64,000 nucleotides of DNA from Anthoceros angustus (lineage: Eukaryota; Plantae; Anthocerotophyta). The position numbers and the translations under genes are program-made. The DNA is taken from contig MU008175.1 of the NCBI GenBank assembly GCA_010909165.1, positions 558,001-622,000 on the forward strand, read 5' to 3'. The notes under the pieces were generated by a model. It had not been told where the DNA came from. It saw only the letters and a list, made by a program, of their open reading frames with translations, and searched no databases. Shown piece after piece: positions 48,513 to 60,500 of the stretch. Position 1 is the first letter of the stretch, and the number at the start of each line of letters is the position of its first letter.

Positions 48513-51500
48513 GCTGGGCCAAAAGTAGGAATTGAGCAGGCGGTGGTCTTGAACACCTTGATGTCCGGCGGTGTGAGCCTCCTCAATGTTTTGGCGATGG
48601 ATATGTGGCAATTGGGGGACAAATAAGCGCTGCTTGTACCGATAAACCATCCAGTTGCCAATCCAGCGAGCCCTCTGCGGATAGCCTTGTGTCTTTGTCA
48701 GTGTGATCTACGCTAAGGGCCTCACGAATCTCCGCTTGCCAGGGTGGCTGGACCTGTACCTCAGTGACAAGAGTATTAGTCTGCAATCGACTAAGGGCAT
48801 CATCAGCCTGATTCTGCCGCTCTTTTACATAACGGATAGTATACTGATACTGTTGCTAGAACTCAAGCCACCGGGCCTGCTTGCGAGAGAGATGCTGTTG
48901 TGTCTGTAAGTAGAAAAGGGGGCAATGATCTGTCTCGAGGTGAAAAGCTACCCCCTCAAGAAAACAACGCCAGTTTTTTAATGCAAGTACCTGGGCCAGC
49001 GTCTCCTTTTCCCTTGTCGTCCAATTTAGTTCAGCGCCCTTAAGCTTCCGCGAGAAGTAGGCCACAGGCTGCCTGCCCGCTCCTTGGTCCTGCTGTAGAA
49101 TGGCCCCTGTCGGATGCGTGGTAGCGATAAATGGCACGGACGGGTCAGGGTATGCAAGGACGGGAGCGGTGGTGAGTGCCGGCAGTGGCGGCCTCCTATT
49201 CAGCCCACGCCATACCACCTAACGCAATAAAGCGACTATCTTAGCGAAACCCATGATAAATTTTCTATAATAAGATGTGAGGCCAAGAAAACTTTGCACA
49301 TCACGAGTTTGTGATGGAGTGGGCCATTCTCGGACCACCTGTACCTTAGTTGGGTCGACCCGAATGCCGGTTTCGTCAACAATGTGCCCAAGATACTCTA
49401 CCTGTCGCTGTAGTATCTCGCACTTCGGGGCTTGGACATACAGTTGATGCTTCCTGAGCCGTGACAAGGCCTCGCATAGGTTCTTATCGTGCTCCGCCTT
49501 ATCCCTACCATAAACCAGTATGTCATCAAGGTAGACCAAAATACCTTTGTTGATCAGGCCATGAAAAACATCGTTCATGAGCGTTTGAAATGATGCAGGG
49601 GCGTCTGTCATGCCAAACGACATAACAAGCCACTCATAGTGGCCATACCTGGTATTAAAGGCCGTCTTCTCTTCATCTCCAGCAGCAATCTTGATCTGGT
49701 GATAGCCACTAGCTAAGTCCAATTTTGAGAAGGAGCGGGCCCCTGCCAGTCCCTCCAATAGTTCGTCAATCCGAGGAAGAGGAAATGTATTCTTCTTAGT
49801 GAGGTTGTTCAACCCCCGATAGCCAATACACATACGCAACTTACCGTTCTTCTTATGCAAAAACAAGATGGGTGCCCCATATGGCGATTTGGAAGGTCTT
49901 ATGTAGCCTTTGCATAGCAGTTCTTCCACCTGCAGGGTTGACTCCTCAATTTCCAACGGGGACATCCTGTATACTGGTCGATAGGGGGGTTTATGAAATC
50001 CTGGCACAAGCTCAATCCGATGGTCAACACTCCTGGATGGTGGCAACCCCTCAGGCAGGGTGTTGACAAGGACGTCCTGAAAATCAGTCATGATTTTAGT
50101 AATCCCAGCATCACCTTCAGGGGCAACAAGCTTGTCGGGTCATGTAGGGCAGAGCCTCTCCTTGATGACAAACAAGGTCATGACGCGCCCTCCCCTTTTC
50201 CTGATGCTCCTCCGCATGCTCGTGGTCGAGACCTTCTGAAACCTAATCTTACTACCGTTGCGAAGTTGCTCCCCCCTTACAGTGTATCGCTTTCCCTGTA
50301 GCACAAGAGACAACTCGTGTTGAGGCCAGGTGATGGCTGGATTGCGGTCTTCGAGCCAAGGCATGCCTAAAATGGCATCGTGTCCATTCCCCAATTCTGT
50401 TATGATGAAGCTCACCCTTTCGCAGTATGCTCCCATCCGTAAGTTTACGGGGCGGCTGTGCGTAGCTCTCCCTTGTAGCTGGCCATTAGCTAACTGCACA
50501 GCCCCACAGGCTTGCCCAATATCTAGGCACGCCCTCCTTGCAAAACAACGGGACAAGAAATTAGTACTCGCACCGCAATCGATTAAGATTCGGCAAGGTA
50601 TCCCGTTGACATGGCCTTGCATGAATAGCGCGTCTCGAGGCTTGATGCTTTTTTTCGATGCGACGGTGCTGCTCCGACCCAACATGCGACCCTACTGCTG
50701 GGGCCCGTTTCACGATGATGCGGCAGGCGTCACTTTGCAAAGTTCACTTCCATTACCTCCTCCTGCCGTACGCCTTCCTCCCACGTCCGACTCCTCGTGC
50801 GGGAAGTGCATGGTAGTCGCGGGTGCGATGCCCCCGCGTATAGCCTTGGAATGCCTGACCGCCGAGGCTCCATCGGAGTGGCCTCCCCCTACCCGGCTCC
50901 GAACGTCTTAGTTGGCTTGTACCAGCCTTTAAACTCTTGATACAGTGCGTCGGACTGCTGGGCAGTCGTGACGGCCTCCTCAAATGTCTTGCACTTGGCG
51001 TGCATCACCACATCCTTCCGCACAGCATGCTTTAACCCACGGGAGTACCGGTCCAACTTCTCTTCGTCCATCATCCCAAGGATACTCATTACCAGCTGTC
51101 GAAACTCGGTGGTATAGGCTGCCACAGTGGTGCGCTACTGCAGGCATGTGAGCTTCTCCCTGGCGACCTGTCGTTCCTCGGCGAGCAGAACGAACTCACG
51201 CACCATCACAGCAGAACTCGGCGAGCTTGTAGGTCGATTGCCTCCCGCGTGTCGCGCATCTAGAATTGACCCACCCACCATAGTAGGGCAGCTCCCTTAA
51301 GAAACGTGGCTGCTACCCTCACATACTGCTGAGGGTCCGTGCCGCTGAGTTCTAGATAGGCTTGCACCTGGTGCACCCACAATTCAACCTCTGTTGCATC
51401 TCCCATCCCCTTGAGGTGCCCGGCTTAGACACCTTGGATCCTACGTTAGCCACTTGCGTGGGCCGTTGGCTGACCTCCACCTCCAGCTGGGCCACCCTCG

Positions 51501-52118
51501 CGTTGCTCTCCGCGCACTGACGCTCCATCTGCCTCATTTGTTGGTGTGCCTCATTCAAGAGTCGCGCGAGCTGGGCAGCATCCAGCGTGCCCTCACCCAT
51601 CGCGCACGCCTGCTGAGGGGACCCTACGCCTTAGGTTGTGTGAGCCCCTACCCCGTCCGTATCTCGGGGGACTAGTGCACCGGGTTGCCCTTGACTTCCC
51701 TAATCGGCAGGCTTCTGCGTGGAGGCGCATGCGGTCTCTACCCAGGATCGCGGCCACCGTCGCCCTCGACCACCTGCGTTGCAGGGGTATCCGAAGCCTT
51801 ATGCGCCGGGCAGCAGCCTCTACTTTGGGTCATTAAGTAGATCACTACCGGCCTATTTAGCTGACGGGCAGGTCCCTCCTGTTCCAGCAGCTCGGCCCTA
51901 CCAAATTTCACCACAATGTGGTGGTGCCCTTAAGGTGTCCTCAGGTGCACTCCGTAAGCGAGCACCATTCGTAAGTCATTGTCTGTCGGTGGAAACCTCA
52001 CCCAAGGCTTGCACAGAATCGCTCCACAATTCAGCGGTATCCGGGAGCAGGGCAATCCGTGCGTGCACGGTTCGGATCTAAGCGCCATGGCCAGCGCTCA
52101 ACGGAACTCGATACCGAT

Positions 52119-52332
52119 TATAATGGTCATGGGGCTAGGTTGAGCGGACCTACACCCGGGAGCGGTTCCACGCAAAGAAGATGTTTTGCTTAAGTTGAGC
52201 CGCGGGCTTTATACAAGGAAAAGACCCAATCACGGGCCCTGATTGCGCCGTCTACTTGGCGCGTATCCTATGGCCTGTGATTCTAGTTACTATGCTTTCC
52301 CGAGATCGGCGGTTAGGTCATGGGTCGTGACA
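52119..52332 (-). repeat. 5' LTR (214 bp)
   Basis: Matches the left LTR with a handful of substitutions and a short indel. The plus-strand start reads TATAATGG instead of TGTAATGG. Confidence 0.93.
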
Positions 52333-52341
52333 AATACCCAA

Positions 52342-52625
52342 TGTTGCCAGTAAGCTTAGGAATGCCGAACACAACCTCACTTATCGTTCGGTAAAGGGCA
52401 ATTGAATATCCACTTTTATTCTCACTTGCGGTCCCATTGTTGCCAGTAATCCTAGGAATGCTGAACATAACCTCACTTATGGTTAGTTATGGGGCAAATG
52501 GATATCCACTTATATTCTCACTTGCGGTCCAATTGTTGCCAGTAAGCCTAGGAATGCCGAACACAACCTCACTTATGGTTCGTTGTAGGGCAATTGGATA
52601 TCCACTTATATTCTCACTTGCGGTT
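52342..52625. repeat. Three 96-bp minisatellite units
   Basis: tgttgccagtaa recurs at 52342, 52438 and 52534. Confidence 0.9.
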
Positions 52626-53278
52626 CGCTGAATGGTAATTGGAAATCCACTAACACAAGAACACCCCATGATATATAGGAACATGAAAGCCTCATCCTTC
52701 AAGGTCGCATATTAATCATGCATATGCAAGTCTCTTAAGGTGAAGACTTTATGCTAAAAAAAGAGATGAGAACTCCCATCAACCCCGAGGCAAAGGGAAA
52801 CAACCCTCATGAGGGCACCAAGGCCAATGGGGACTAGCCCCCACCAATTGATCGCCCATTACCAAAATCTCGTAACCAATGGTTGGATATCTAATTAAGA
52901 TATTCAGGAAAAAATATCCTTAATGCAAACTATCATGACACACTAAAGATGCAAATCCTTAAGTTATTAGATTCCATAATAACGGCCTAACATGTCCATA
53001 TCGTGATCCGTTCCTAGTCCTTCTCTCCACACAATCTTTATTGCTTATTAAAATACTTATTAACATCAACCACCGTACACAATACAAAATAGGTACCTAC
53101 CTATAGGAAACACTTGCTGGATGTATTCTATTCATGGGGATATTTGCTAGAATGGCCATAGGGAGCCACATGAACAAAGCTTGTACAGATGGTATGTACG
53201 CCTTTATAACTATACATATGTATATGTAGGCCCCGAGAATGGTAGAGTGGAAAGGTCTTTAAAGCGTGGCTGTCCAGC

Positions 53279-53287
53279 AAACCCTAG
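53279..53287 (+). promoter_or_regulatory. Telo-box (AAACCCTAG) upstream of RPL35
   Basis: Lies 40 bp before the ATG. Telo-boxes are established cis-elements of plant ribosomal protein genes. Confidence 0.6.
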
Positions 53288-53326
53288 TCTAAACTCGGTT
53301 GTCCCGAGCTCGTCCAGCGGCCCGCA

Positions 53327-53698
53327 ATGGCGAAGATCAAGGTGCACGAGCTACGGGGCAAGAGCAAGGCGGAGCTGCTGACCCAGCTGAAGGAGCTGAA
53401 GGCAGAGCTTGCGTTGTTGCGAGTCGCCAAGGTCACAGGAGGCGCTCCCAACAAGCTGAGCAAGATCAAGGTTGTGCGATTGTCTATTGCGCAGGTCCTC
53501 ACCGTCATCTCACAGACGCAGAAGGCGGCTCTGCGGAAGGCCTTCGCCAAGAGCAAGCGCTTGCCGCTGGACCTGCGGCCGAAGAAGACGCGGGCCATCA
53601 GGCGGCGGCTTACAAAGCATCAGGCGGCGGCCAAGACAGAAAAGCAGAAGAAGAAGGAAGCGTATTTCCCCCCTCGCAAGTATGCAGTCAAGGCTTAG
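53327..53698 (+). CDS. RPL35: 60S ribosomal protein L35 (uL29), intronless, 123 aa
   Basis: [14 protein letters not shown]...[31 protein letters not shown]...[17 protein letters not shown]...RKYAVKA. Confidence 0.97.
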   Translation: MAKIKVHELRGKSKAELLTQLKELKAELALLRVAKVTGGAPNKLSKIKVVRLSIAQVLTVISQTQKAALRKAFAKSKRLPLDLRPKKTRAIRRRLTKHQAAAKTEKQKKKEAYFPPRKYAVKA

Positions 53699-54287
53699 GG
53701 GCGTCACTTTAGCTGCCGTGCGTTATATGTGCTGCCTTTGATGTCTTCACACATCCGGGAGTGAGTCGGAGCCAATTGACTCGGTTGGGCCTGAGGAGAG
53801 TGTAGGTAGATGGCCTAGCTGACTGATGGAGAAACATTTCTTTTGTCATCTGTGTCATTGAGAAGGTCAGGCTTGGAGAATTTGACCTTCGCGACGTTCT
53901 CGATTTTGCTCACTCTTTGCTACATGTTGTGAACTCGTCCCATGGCGTCTGCTTTGAGGCCATGCCCTTGCCTCGAGCTGGGCACGAATGATTTCCCCTA
54001 GTAAACTTGGCCGCGTGAGGACTGTGTACACGGATACAGAGGTGCTTCCTTGGCCGTGTCCCATTGCCTCTGTAAGGTACACTTTCTCCTCTTCCCTTCC
54101 ATACACGGGAGACCATCAAAGCTCAGAGTGAACGTATGGAAACCATCAAAGCTCAGAGTGAAGGGCAAAACTGGCCTACGGTGTACCGATTTCTCTGTTG
54201 TGAAATAATCTCTAGACACAGAGTCCCGCCATGAACTATATGTACCGAATGCACGCTATCTCAATCGTGTGCGATAAAAGCTATATT

Positions 54288-54368
54288 TGTCAGAAATGGG
54301 ATTCGAACCCATGCCCTTCCGGACCAGTACCTGAAACTGGCGCCTTAGACCAACTCGGCCATCCTGAC
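54288..54368 (-). tRNA. tRNA-Leu (anticodon CAG)
   Basis: GTCAGGATGGCCGAGTTGGTCTAAGGCG CCAGT-TT-CAG-GT-ACTGG, a long variable arm, GGTTCGAATCC T-loop, and a TTTT terminator about 9 nt downstream. Confidence 0.95.
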
Positions 54369-54518
54369 ATGGACGTCAAGAACCGTGTTTTTGTTACAAC
54401 GTATACATAAGACGGGCAATTTCACGTTACCGAAAGACGTTGGCGGGTCCGCAGTTGGCTTCATCGAGTGCAGACGCGCGCATTGGGCTTGAATGGACTA
54501 GGTGAATCAAGCTACTCA

Positions 54519-56455
54519 TCATTCATTCCTTACAGCCTTCTCTCTCCTAGCTTGGTGTTCACTCTGCAATTTCAAAAACTCCCGCCTGTAGAATTTCCTA
54601 GTTCGAAAGGCCAGGATACTAGAGGCTACGCCGCCTACAAGGCACATTACAGCCATTATGACAAATGACAGCCGAAAACACTCGGGACCATCGCATGATG
54701 AAGCTTCAGAGAATAAAACCCCTTCAGAGGAAATACTACTACTTCCGACATGGGTTCCAAGGTGCTGCTTCCGTGCCTCGGCATCATAAAAATAACCAGC
54801 AACCCTAACCGAGAAAATGTATGCACCCAACGGGCTGGCAATGGCTATGGTGTTGAAGAGAGTACCAAAATTCGTCAAGCCGAAAATGTCTGACGTAATC
54901 AATGGCATCAAAGCCCACTGAGCTCCATAGCACAAACCAATAACGACGGAGCCCACATAAAGGCAACCACGGATGCCTGAGGCTATCACAAAGTGCCCTA
55001 AGCTCATTGCAACCAATGTGATGACAACGAAGACGGGCCTCGCCACTCCTTTGGACTTCAAACAACGGTCAGAAATAAATCCAGCCCCAGCACGCCCCAG
55101 AAAATTCCAAATGCTCAGGAGAGCAACAAATGTTTCAATTTGACCTTGCTTGTAACCAAGAGAAGCGCCAATCTGCCCAAGGTTGTCTATAGCAGTGAGC
55201 CCTGACCCCATTGCACATGCCATGCAGAGAAACAGCAGCCAGAAATTCAGTTCTGTCAAGGCCTGCAGGATAGAAAAATCCTCTGTGACGGCAGTTCTAC
55301 CATTTAAGGGTTGATGAGTATGTCCACTGCTGGCAGCATCATCGACCGACGCTTTGGAAATGGACGCAACCCTGTCTGCATCGTCAGACCCTGTATCGTG
55401 TCCACGAAACCCTGGGTTACGCTGGCATTGCAGGTCTGAGGTCTCAACAACACCCTTCACACACTCATTTATGATGCCAGATGACTGATCAATGATGCCA
55501 TCTTCCAACAATGGTTGCGCAGCTGCAACATGGATGCCGCTTTTCTTCACTCCATCACATTCGGATCTGATGACTACAGCTAAAGGGAGAAGAAGAATGA
55601 CGACCACACCCAGAAGAACGAACCAGTAGCTTGTGGAATTGGTCAGAGTGCCTGCATTCTGCAAGATACTCACCACCACCAGGTAGACAGCCAAAGCTAG
55701 TGCAATCCAGAAAACCACATTAAAGGTTTTCTCCTCGTTGTCCTCAGAAGGGCCTGAAATAGGTCGAATTCTAGCTGCTGCCAGCAGAGCTATCACAGCT
55801 GGTAAGAAAGCAATCATCAAGATGAACGAGCTTGGTTGCTGGCCATACAAAGCATGGTATATCTGTGTAAGAATCGCTCCACTGAGGCCCAAATACCCCT
55901 GCACAAACAGGACAGAATATTAGAACATCACGAAGGGCGGGAAGACTTCTAGTCAACGTGGCTTTCCCCTTCCTATCTCACCTTCTGTAACCCGATCACG
56001 TTTCCTCGTCGGGACGGAAAGGTCTCCACACCCGTCACAATAACGGCCGTGTTAAAAAATGTTTGCGCGTTAGTAGCAACGCATATGAAAATACACATAA
56101 GCCACAGCGGAGGAGATGCAATCCGGTGAGTGACAGCAAGCCACACGGCAAAGTAACCAAAAAAGCTCTGAAATGCTCCGATCAGCAAGATAGTCCAGAC
56201 TGGAACATAGTTGAAAAGAAATCCCGCATGACTTCCCACGTTCGCTCCGATGTCTTTGAAGAACCCTAGAAGGTCCAAGGTCTGCTGATCATAATTCAGG
56301 GAAGACTTGATGGCAGAAGAATAGGAACCAAACACGTACGAGGCCCCGGACACACTTTGCAGCCAAATGCCTACAACAAACATAAACCATCTGCCGTCCC
56401 ATACAGACTTCATCACCTGCCTAGCCATCGAATTCCCTCTGCTCGCCCGATCCAT
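54519..56455 (-). CDS. Nodulin-like major facilitator superfamily protein (NFD4-like), 2 exons, ~617 aa
   Basis: Exons 55982-56455 and 54519-55898 join as GLQK|GYLGLSGAI. Motifs YVFGSYS..IK..LNYDQ..LD.LGFFKD.GANVG and GSGLTAIDNLGQIGASLGY. Confidence 0.92.
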
Positions 56456-57396
56456 AGCCTTACAATGATAGCCAGAACTACCAAAATGCCAGCCTTCCAC
56501 AGCAGCACGAATGTGTGCATCTACCATATGCGAGACTGAGCAAACTCATTTTGCTCACCATCAGCCAGATCTGGCCCTGAAACAGAGATCCCCTCCGACG
56601 CAGTCACCAAGCTTCCAAGCTGTAGACCTGGAAGCATGTAGAAATGAGGCCAGAAACAGCGATGTGCAGTGTGCAGTCTCTTCTCTTGTTCCACACAAGA
56701 AGAAATCCAGTGGCGGCAAAAGAGCGCAGAAGCGATCTAGAGCTGATATCTTCTCCTTAATCTGTCTTAGCGATATCAAACATTGGCTCGGAGCACGCTG
56801 CTCAGGAGCAATGTGCTGCTGAGGCCACGTGGAGTCCAAAGCTGGACGACGCGCTGGCCGCACCTCCGTCTCCAGCTATAGCATTGTGTAAAAAAGTCTG
56901 AAAGGAGTTTTGCGCATTTTTATATTAATACGGTAACTGCAGTTCCGGTAGAGGGCAAGTGCGGTTAACGCGTATGGTCCAAGTACATATGCAATACAGT
57001 CAACAAGTGGCCAGCAGGGAAGGCGTCAGGACCGTGGGACACCGGCCTGTCGCCTGAATCCATGAATCGTATCGAGCTTTGAATCGTGGATGGAAACGAC
57101 CGCCGATCGAGATCATATGTGTGCAGTGAGCCTGGTGTGTGGCTTGAGATTTGTGGAGAACGAAGGATGTTGCCAAAAGCTCTCACAGCGCCTCATCATC
57201 TGGTGAAAGCTCTGCAGAACATTCACGAAGGAGTTTGATATAGTAGCGGATGAATGTGGGCAGAGTGGGGTTGATCCAGGTTGGTGGCGGCGGATTGGGG
57301 ATTTTTTATCCCAGGCGTGAAGCGGCAGCGGATTGGAAGGCGTGTTTTGAGTAGATGAGTGGGTTGTGGGTAGTACATGCTCCTGTCGGGACAGCT

Positions 57397-58848
57397 ATGA
57401 TCACGGCGGCTGTTCCCATGTGGCAGCTTGTCACCACCGTGGCTCTGCTGGCGGCGGTGGTTTTATGCAGGAGGATGAAGATGACAAGCCTGCTGCGAGG
57501 GGCCACCCAGCCTGGTGTTTCGAAGTGGGTGGAGAGGGGTGTGCCATTCTTGCTGCGTTTACAGTTGACGCGGAGTCCGTTTCTGGATTCCTTGTTCTCC
57601 GGGCTGTCGACTGTTGTTTCCGTGGAGTTCTACCAAGCGTTCCTGCCGCTGCTTTTCTGGGTAGAATTTGGACTCTGAGTTGTGGTGATTTAGGTTTAGT
57701 GTGCGTGTGTGTGCCTTTGGTTTGTGCTGATCATCAGGTGGGATGGGTGACAGTCTGGGCATGGCAGATTGGGTAGGCAGATGACTCTGCTCATGGCAGC
57801 GTGCATGTATGTGGGCAACTTTATGAAGGATGTGGTGAGCGCTCCAAGACCCCCTTCCCCACCTGTGAGAAGATATGTGACGTCTCATGCTGAGAAGGAC
57901 GCTGCAATGGAGTATGGGCTGCCTTCGTCTCATACCATGAATACTTTGTGCCTGTCGGTTTATCTTTTGCATAGTCTGGGGGGAACAGAGTCGCCCTGGT
58001 TCGGGACCATCCTGGCACTGCTTCTGCCCATCGTGGTGATGGTTATCTACGGCAGACTGTATCTGGGAATGCATACACCGGTTGATGTCATTGCAGGAGC
58101 TGCTGTAGGAGTTGTGCTGCTTCTTACCTGGATGTCTGTGGACCAAGCGCTCGATGAGTTCATCACTGGAGGCCAGAACGGTGAGTTCTGGATGATGTGG
58201 GCTGTTTTCTGGAGGGCCTATCAGGCCATTGTAAATGATGTTTGTGTCACCGTACTAAAACAAGTTGTTTGTTGCATCGCTGCAGTCCTACCCTTCTGGG
58301 CCGCACTGTCTGTGCTGCTGCTGTTTGCATATCCCACTCCTGAGCTGCGGACACCCAGTTTTGAGTTCCACACAGCCTTCAATGGTGTGGTCTTGGGAGT
58401 TGTATGGGGCTCACATCGGGCCTTTGCCTACACTGGTGGCGATTCTGTTGCCATACCCCTGCACACATGGGCTGGTTTCATGGTCCTTACGAGGAGGTCT
58501 CTGTTGGGCTTGCCTGTCATACTGACAGTCAAAGGGATCATGAAGGCATTTGCCATCCGGTTGCTGCCACTCTTATCACAAACTGTCGGACTGCCCATTC
58601 ATTCTTCCTCTTATGTTCCCCTTCTGCACTCTAAGCAGGTTGCCGCAACTGTTGAGAAGGAGCAGAACACTGTGGTTACTACTTCGCCGGCCAGTGCCCT
58701 GGAATCAGGCCGCAAGAGCAGATTATTCCTGGGTCAAGAGATTGAGCCACTTGATGTGGACACGGGTGTAAGGTTGTTGCAATATGCAGGGGTTGGCTGG
58801 TCGGTAATCGAGGTGGTTCCCTTTTTCTTCAGGACTCTGAACCTGTGA
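57397..58848 (+). CDS. Lipid phosphate phosphatase delta / sphingoid phosphate phosphatase (PAP2 family)
   Basis: Exons ~57397-57660, 57754-58180 and 58286-58848 (start could be 57418). PAP2 motifs KD..SAPRP, PSSH and GRLYLGMHTPVD. Confidence 0.88.
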
Positions 58849-59861
58849 AACGGGCCAAGCCTCAGGAATGCCGCCTCAAGCTGAGATCCTCCCATTTTTT
58901 GCTACGTTGGGTGGTGGAATAGACTTTTTAGGCATCGTTGGTGATTACCCTGGGGGCAATCGAAAGAGCCAGTGATAAGGCTGATATGAAACAAGCAAGG
59001 TCGAGGCATCGGGAGACATTGATTGTTTCTGTTCCTTCATCAAGTGTGAAGCCGCCTATGAGGTTCAAAGTGAGCGCTTTGCTTTCAAGGAGTTCACATT
59101 TCATGGAAGCAAGGTAAGGGGCCTTGGCCTGTAGTTTCTGGACATAGCAAATGTCTTTTTTGCTGTGTACAGAGATGGCTAGGCTGGGACGTCGGCCAGC
59201 CACTAACACACACCGGCAAACGTGCAGGTGCTTGTTTTGTGATTAAGAATTGCGTACACTGGGCTGGAACATTTCAGATACATCGTTTGGAAGGCTAGCT
59301 ATCCCAAGATTTTGTAATGTACTTAGGTTGCCGATGACACATGTGAGTCGGAAATTGCTTTGTCGATTTACACCAGTTGCCGGAACTAGAATAATAAAGC
59401 AAGATCAGTACTGGAATGATCTCTGGGCTGGAGCTTTGCAATTCACCAAAATGCTTGTCTCGTTCCCAAAATGTAAGACCATGTCCTCAACCAAACTCCC
59501 CTAGTTTACCAACTTATTACTTGAACGGCAGCGTAAACAACTATTATCAGGCTGTTGCTTACACCGTAGTAGTGGTATGGAGAATGCATCTCACCTGGAA
59601 AATGGAACTCCCAAGGCTGTCGCCAACGCCGGCACCGAAACTCGGATGCAGAAAGTTGCATGAGCAACTAAGCACACCCTGGGCATCGGAGACAATACAC
59701 ATATATCGGAAGTGCAAGCTTGCACGCATGTCCATCCAGCTCCCAGCTCCAGCTGCACCTCTCACACAGGAGGCAAGTACGTCTTGCCTGCGACGCGGTG
59801 CGATCCACAACCTTCTTCTACAACACGTGAAAGAATAGAATCCAAAAGAGCCGAATCGGGG

Positions 59862-60344
59862 CTACAAGGTGTTCCAGGGCTTCTCATCAGCTATGGCAAC
59901 CACCATCCCCTCCAGCTCCGGCGTGAGCACAAGCTGGCATCCCAAACGCGCGTGCCTGTCCACCTGTCCCCCGCCGTTTGACGCCTTCAACACGTCCAAC
60001 TCCGCCGGAGATCGGGGCGGCAACCGCTGCAGCCACTCGTTGGCCACCGTCACCTCGCACTGGCCACTGCAGGCGGTGATGTCCTCCAAGGGATGCATCT
60101 GCGGATGCACCAGCCTGTTGTTCACCAGCGTCTTGAGCACGGTGTGGCCCGTGAGCCCCTGCACCGCGTGCCGCGACCCGTCCTCGTCGACCACCGTCAG
60201 CCGCAGCGTCCGATCCGCCACCTTGCACGACTCGCTCCGACTCCGGCTGCTGGAGCCGGCCAGCGCCGAGCTCCCCATCCACCGCGCCTGCTGCTGCAGC
60301 GGCGCCACATGCCGCCGCAACCTCGTCACCACCGTCATCGCCAT
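59862..60344 (-). CDS. Mitochondrial complex I ferredoxin-like bridge subunit (C1-FDX-like, adrenodoxin fold), 160 aa
   Basis: Arg/Ser-rich presequence, then HPLEDITACSGQCEV..ANEWLQRLPPR and RLGCQLVLTPELEGMVVAI..EKPW. This resembles the Arabidopsis At3g07480 product as recalled; no search was run. Confidence 0.85.
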   Translation of the reverse strand: MAMTVVTRLRRHVAPLQQQARWMGSSALAGSSSRSRSESCKVADRTLRLTVVDEDGSRHAVQGLTGHTVLKTLVNNRLVHPQMHPLEDITACSGQCEVTVANEWLQRLPPRSPAELDVLKASNGGGQVDRHARLGCQLVLTPELEGMVVAIADEKPWNTL

Positions 60345-60491
60345 CGCCAGACCTCTCCTCCTTCTTCCTCTTCTCCCTCTCGTCTCCCACTCCCTCCCGG
60401 CTCCGCTCGCCACACCGCAAGCCTCTCCGTCTCTTCCTCTTCCTCCTCCTCCTCCTCCTCTCCACCCTTCCCTCCGTCGTCCCACCGCCCC

Positions 60492-60500
60492 AAACCCTAA
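60492..60500. promoter_or_regulatory. Telo-box (AAACCCTAA) upstream of the ferredoxin-like gene
   Basis: Exact motif about 150 bp upstream of the ATG. Confidence 0.45.

Larger units (their letters stand above)
44868..52332 (-). mobile_element. Full-length Ty3/Gypsy chromovirus, decayed
   Basis: LTRs at 44868-45077 and 52119-52332, with 5-bp TSD AATAC at 44863-44867 and 52333-52337. Contains gag (~50900-51600), protease LIDCGASTNF (50140-50685), RT YLDD (49219-50091), RNase H (~48600-49218) and integrase with a chromodomain (45058-46215). Confidence 0.95.

Noticed and set aside
57559-58146. 195-aa minus-strand ORF
   Set aside because: Antisense to the phosphatase exons.
58181-58285. Read-through segment in the 359-aa ORF
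   Set aside because: It is a 105-nt GT-AG intron that happens to be in frame and stop-free.
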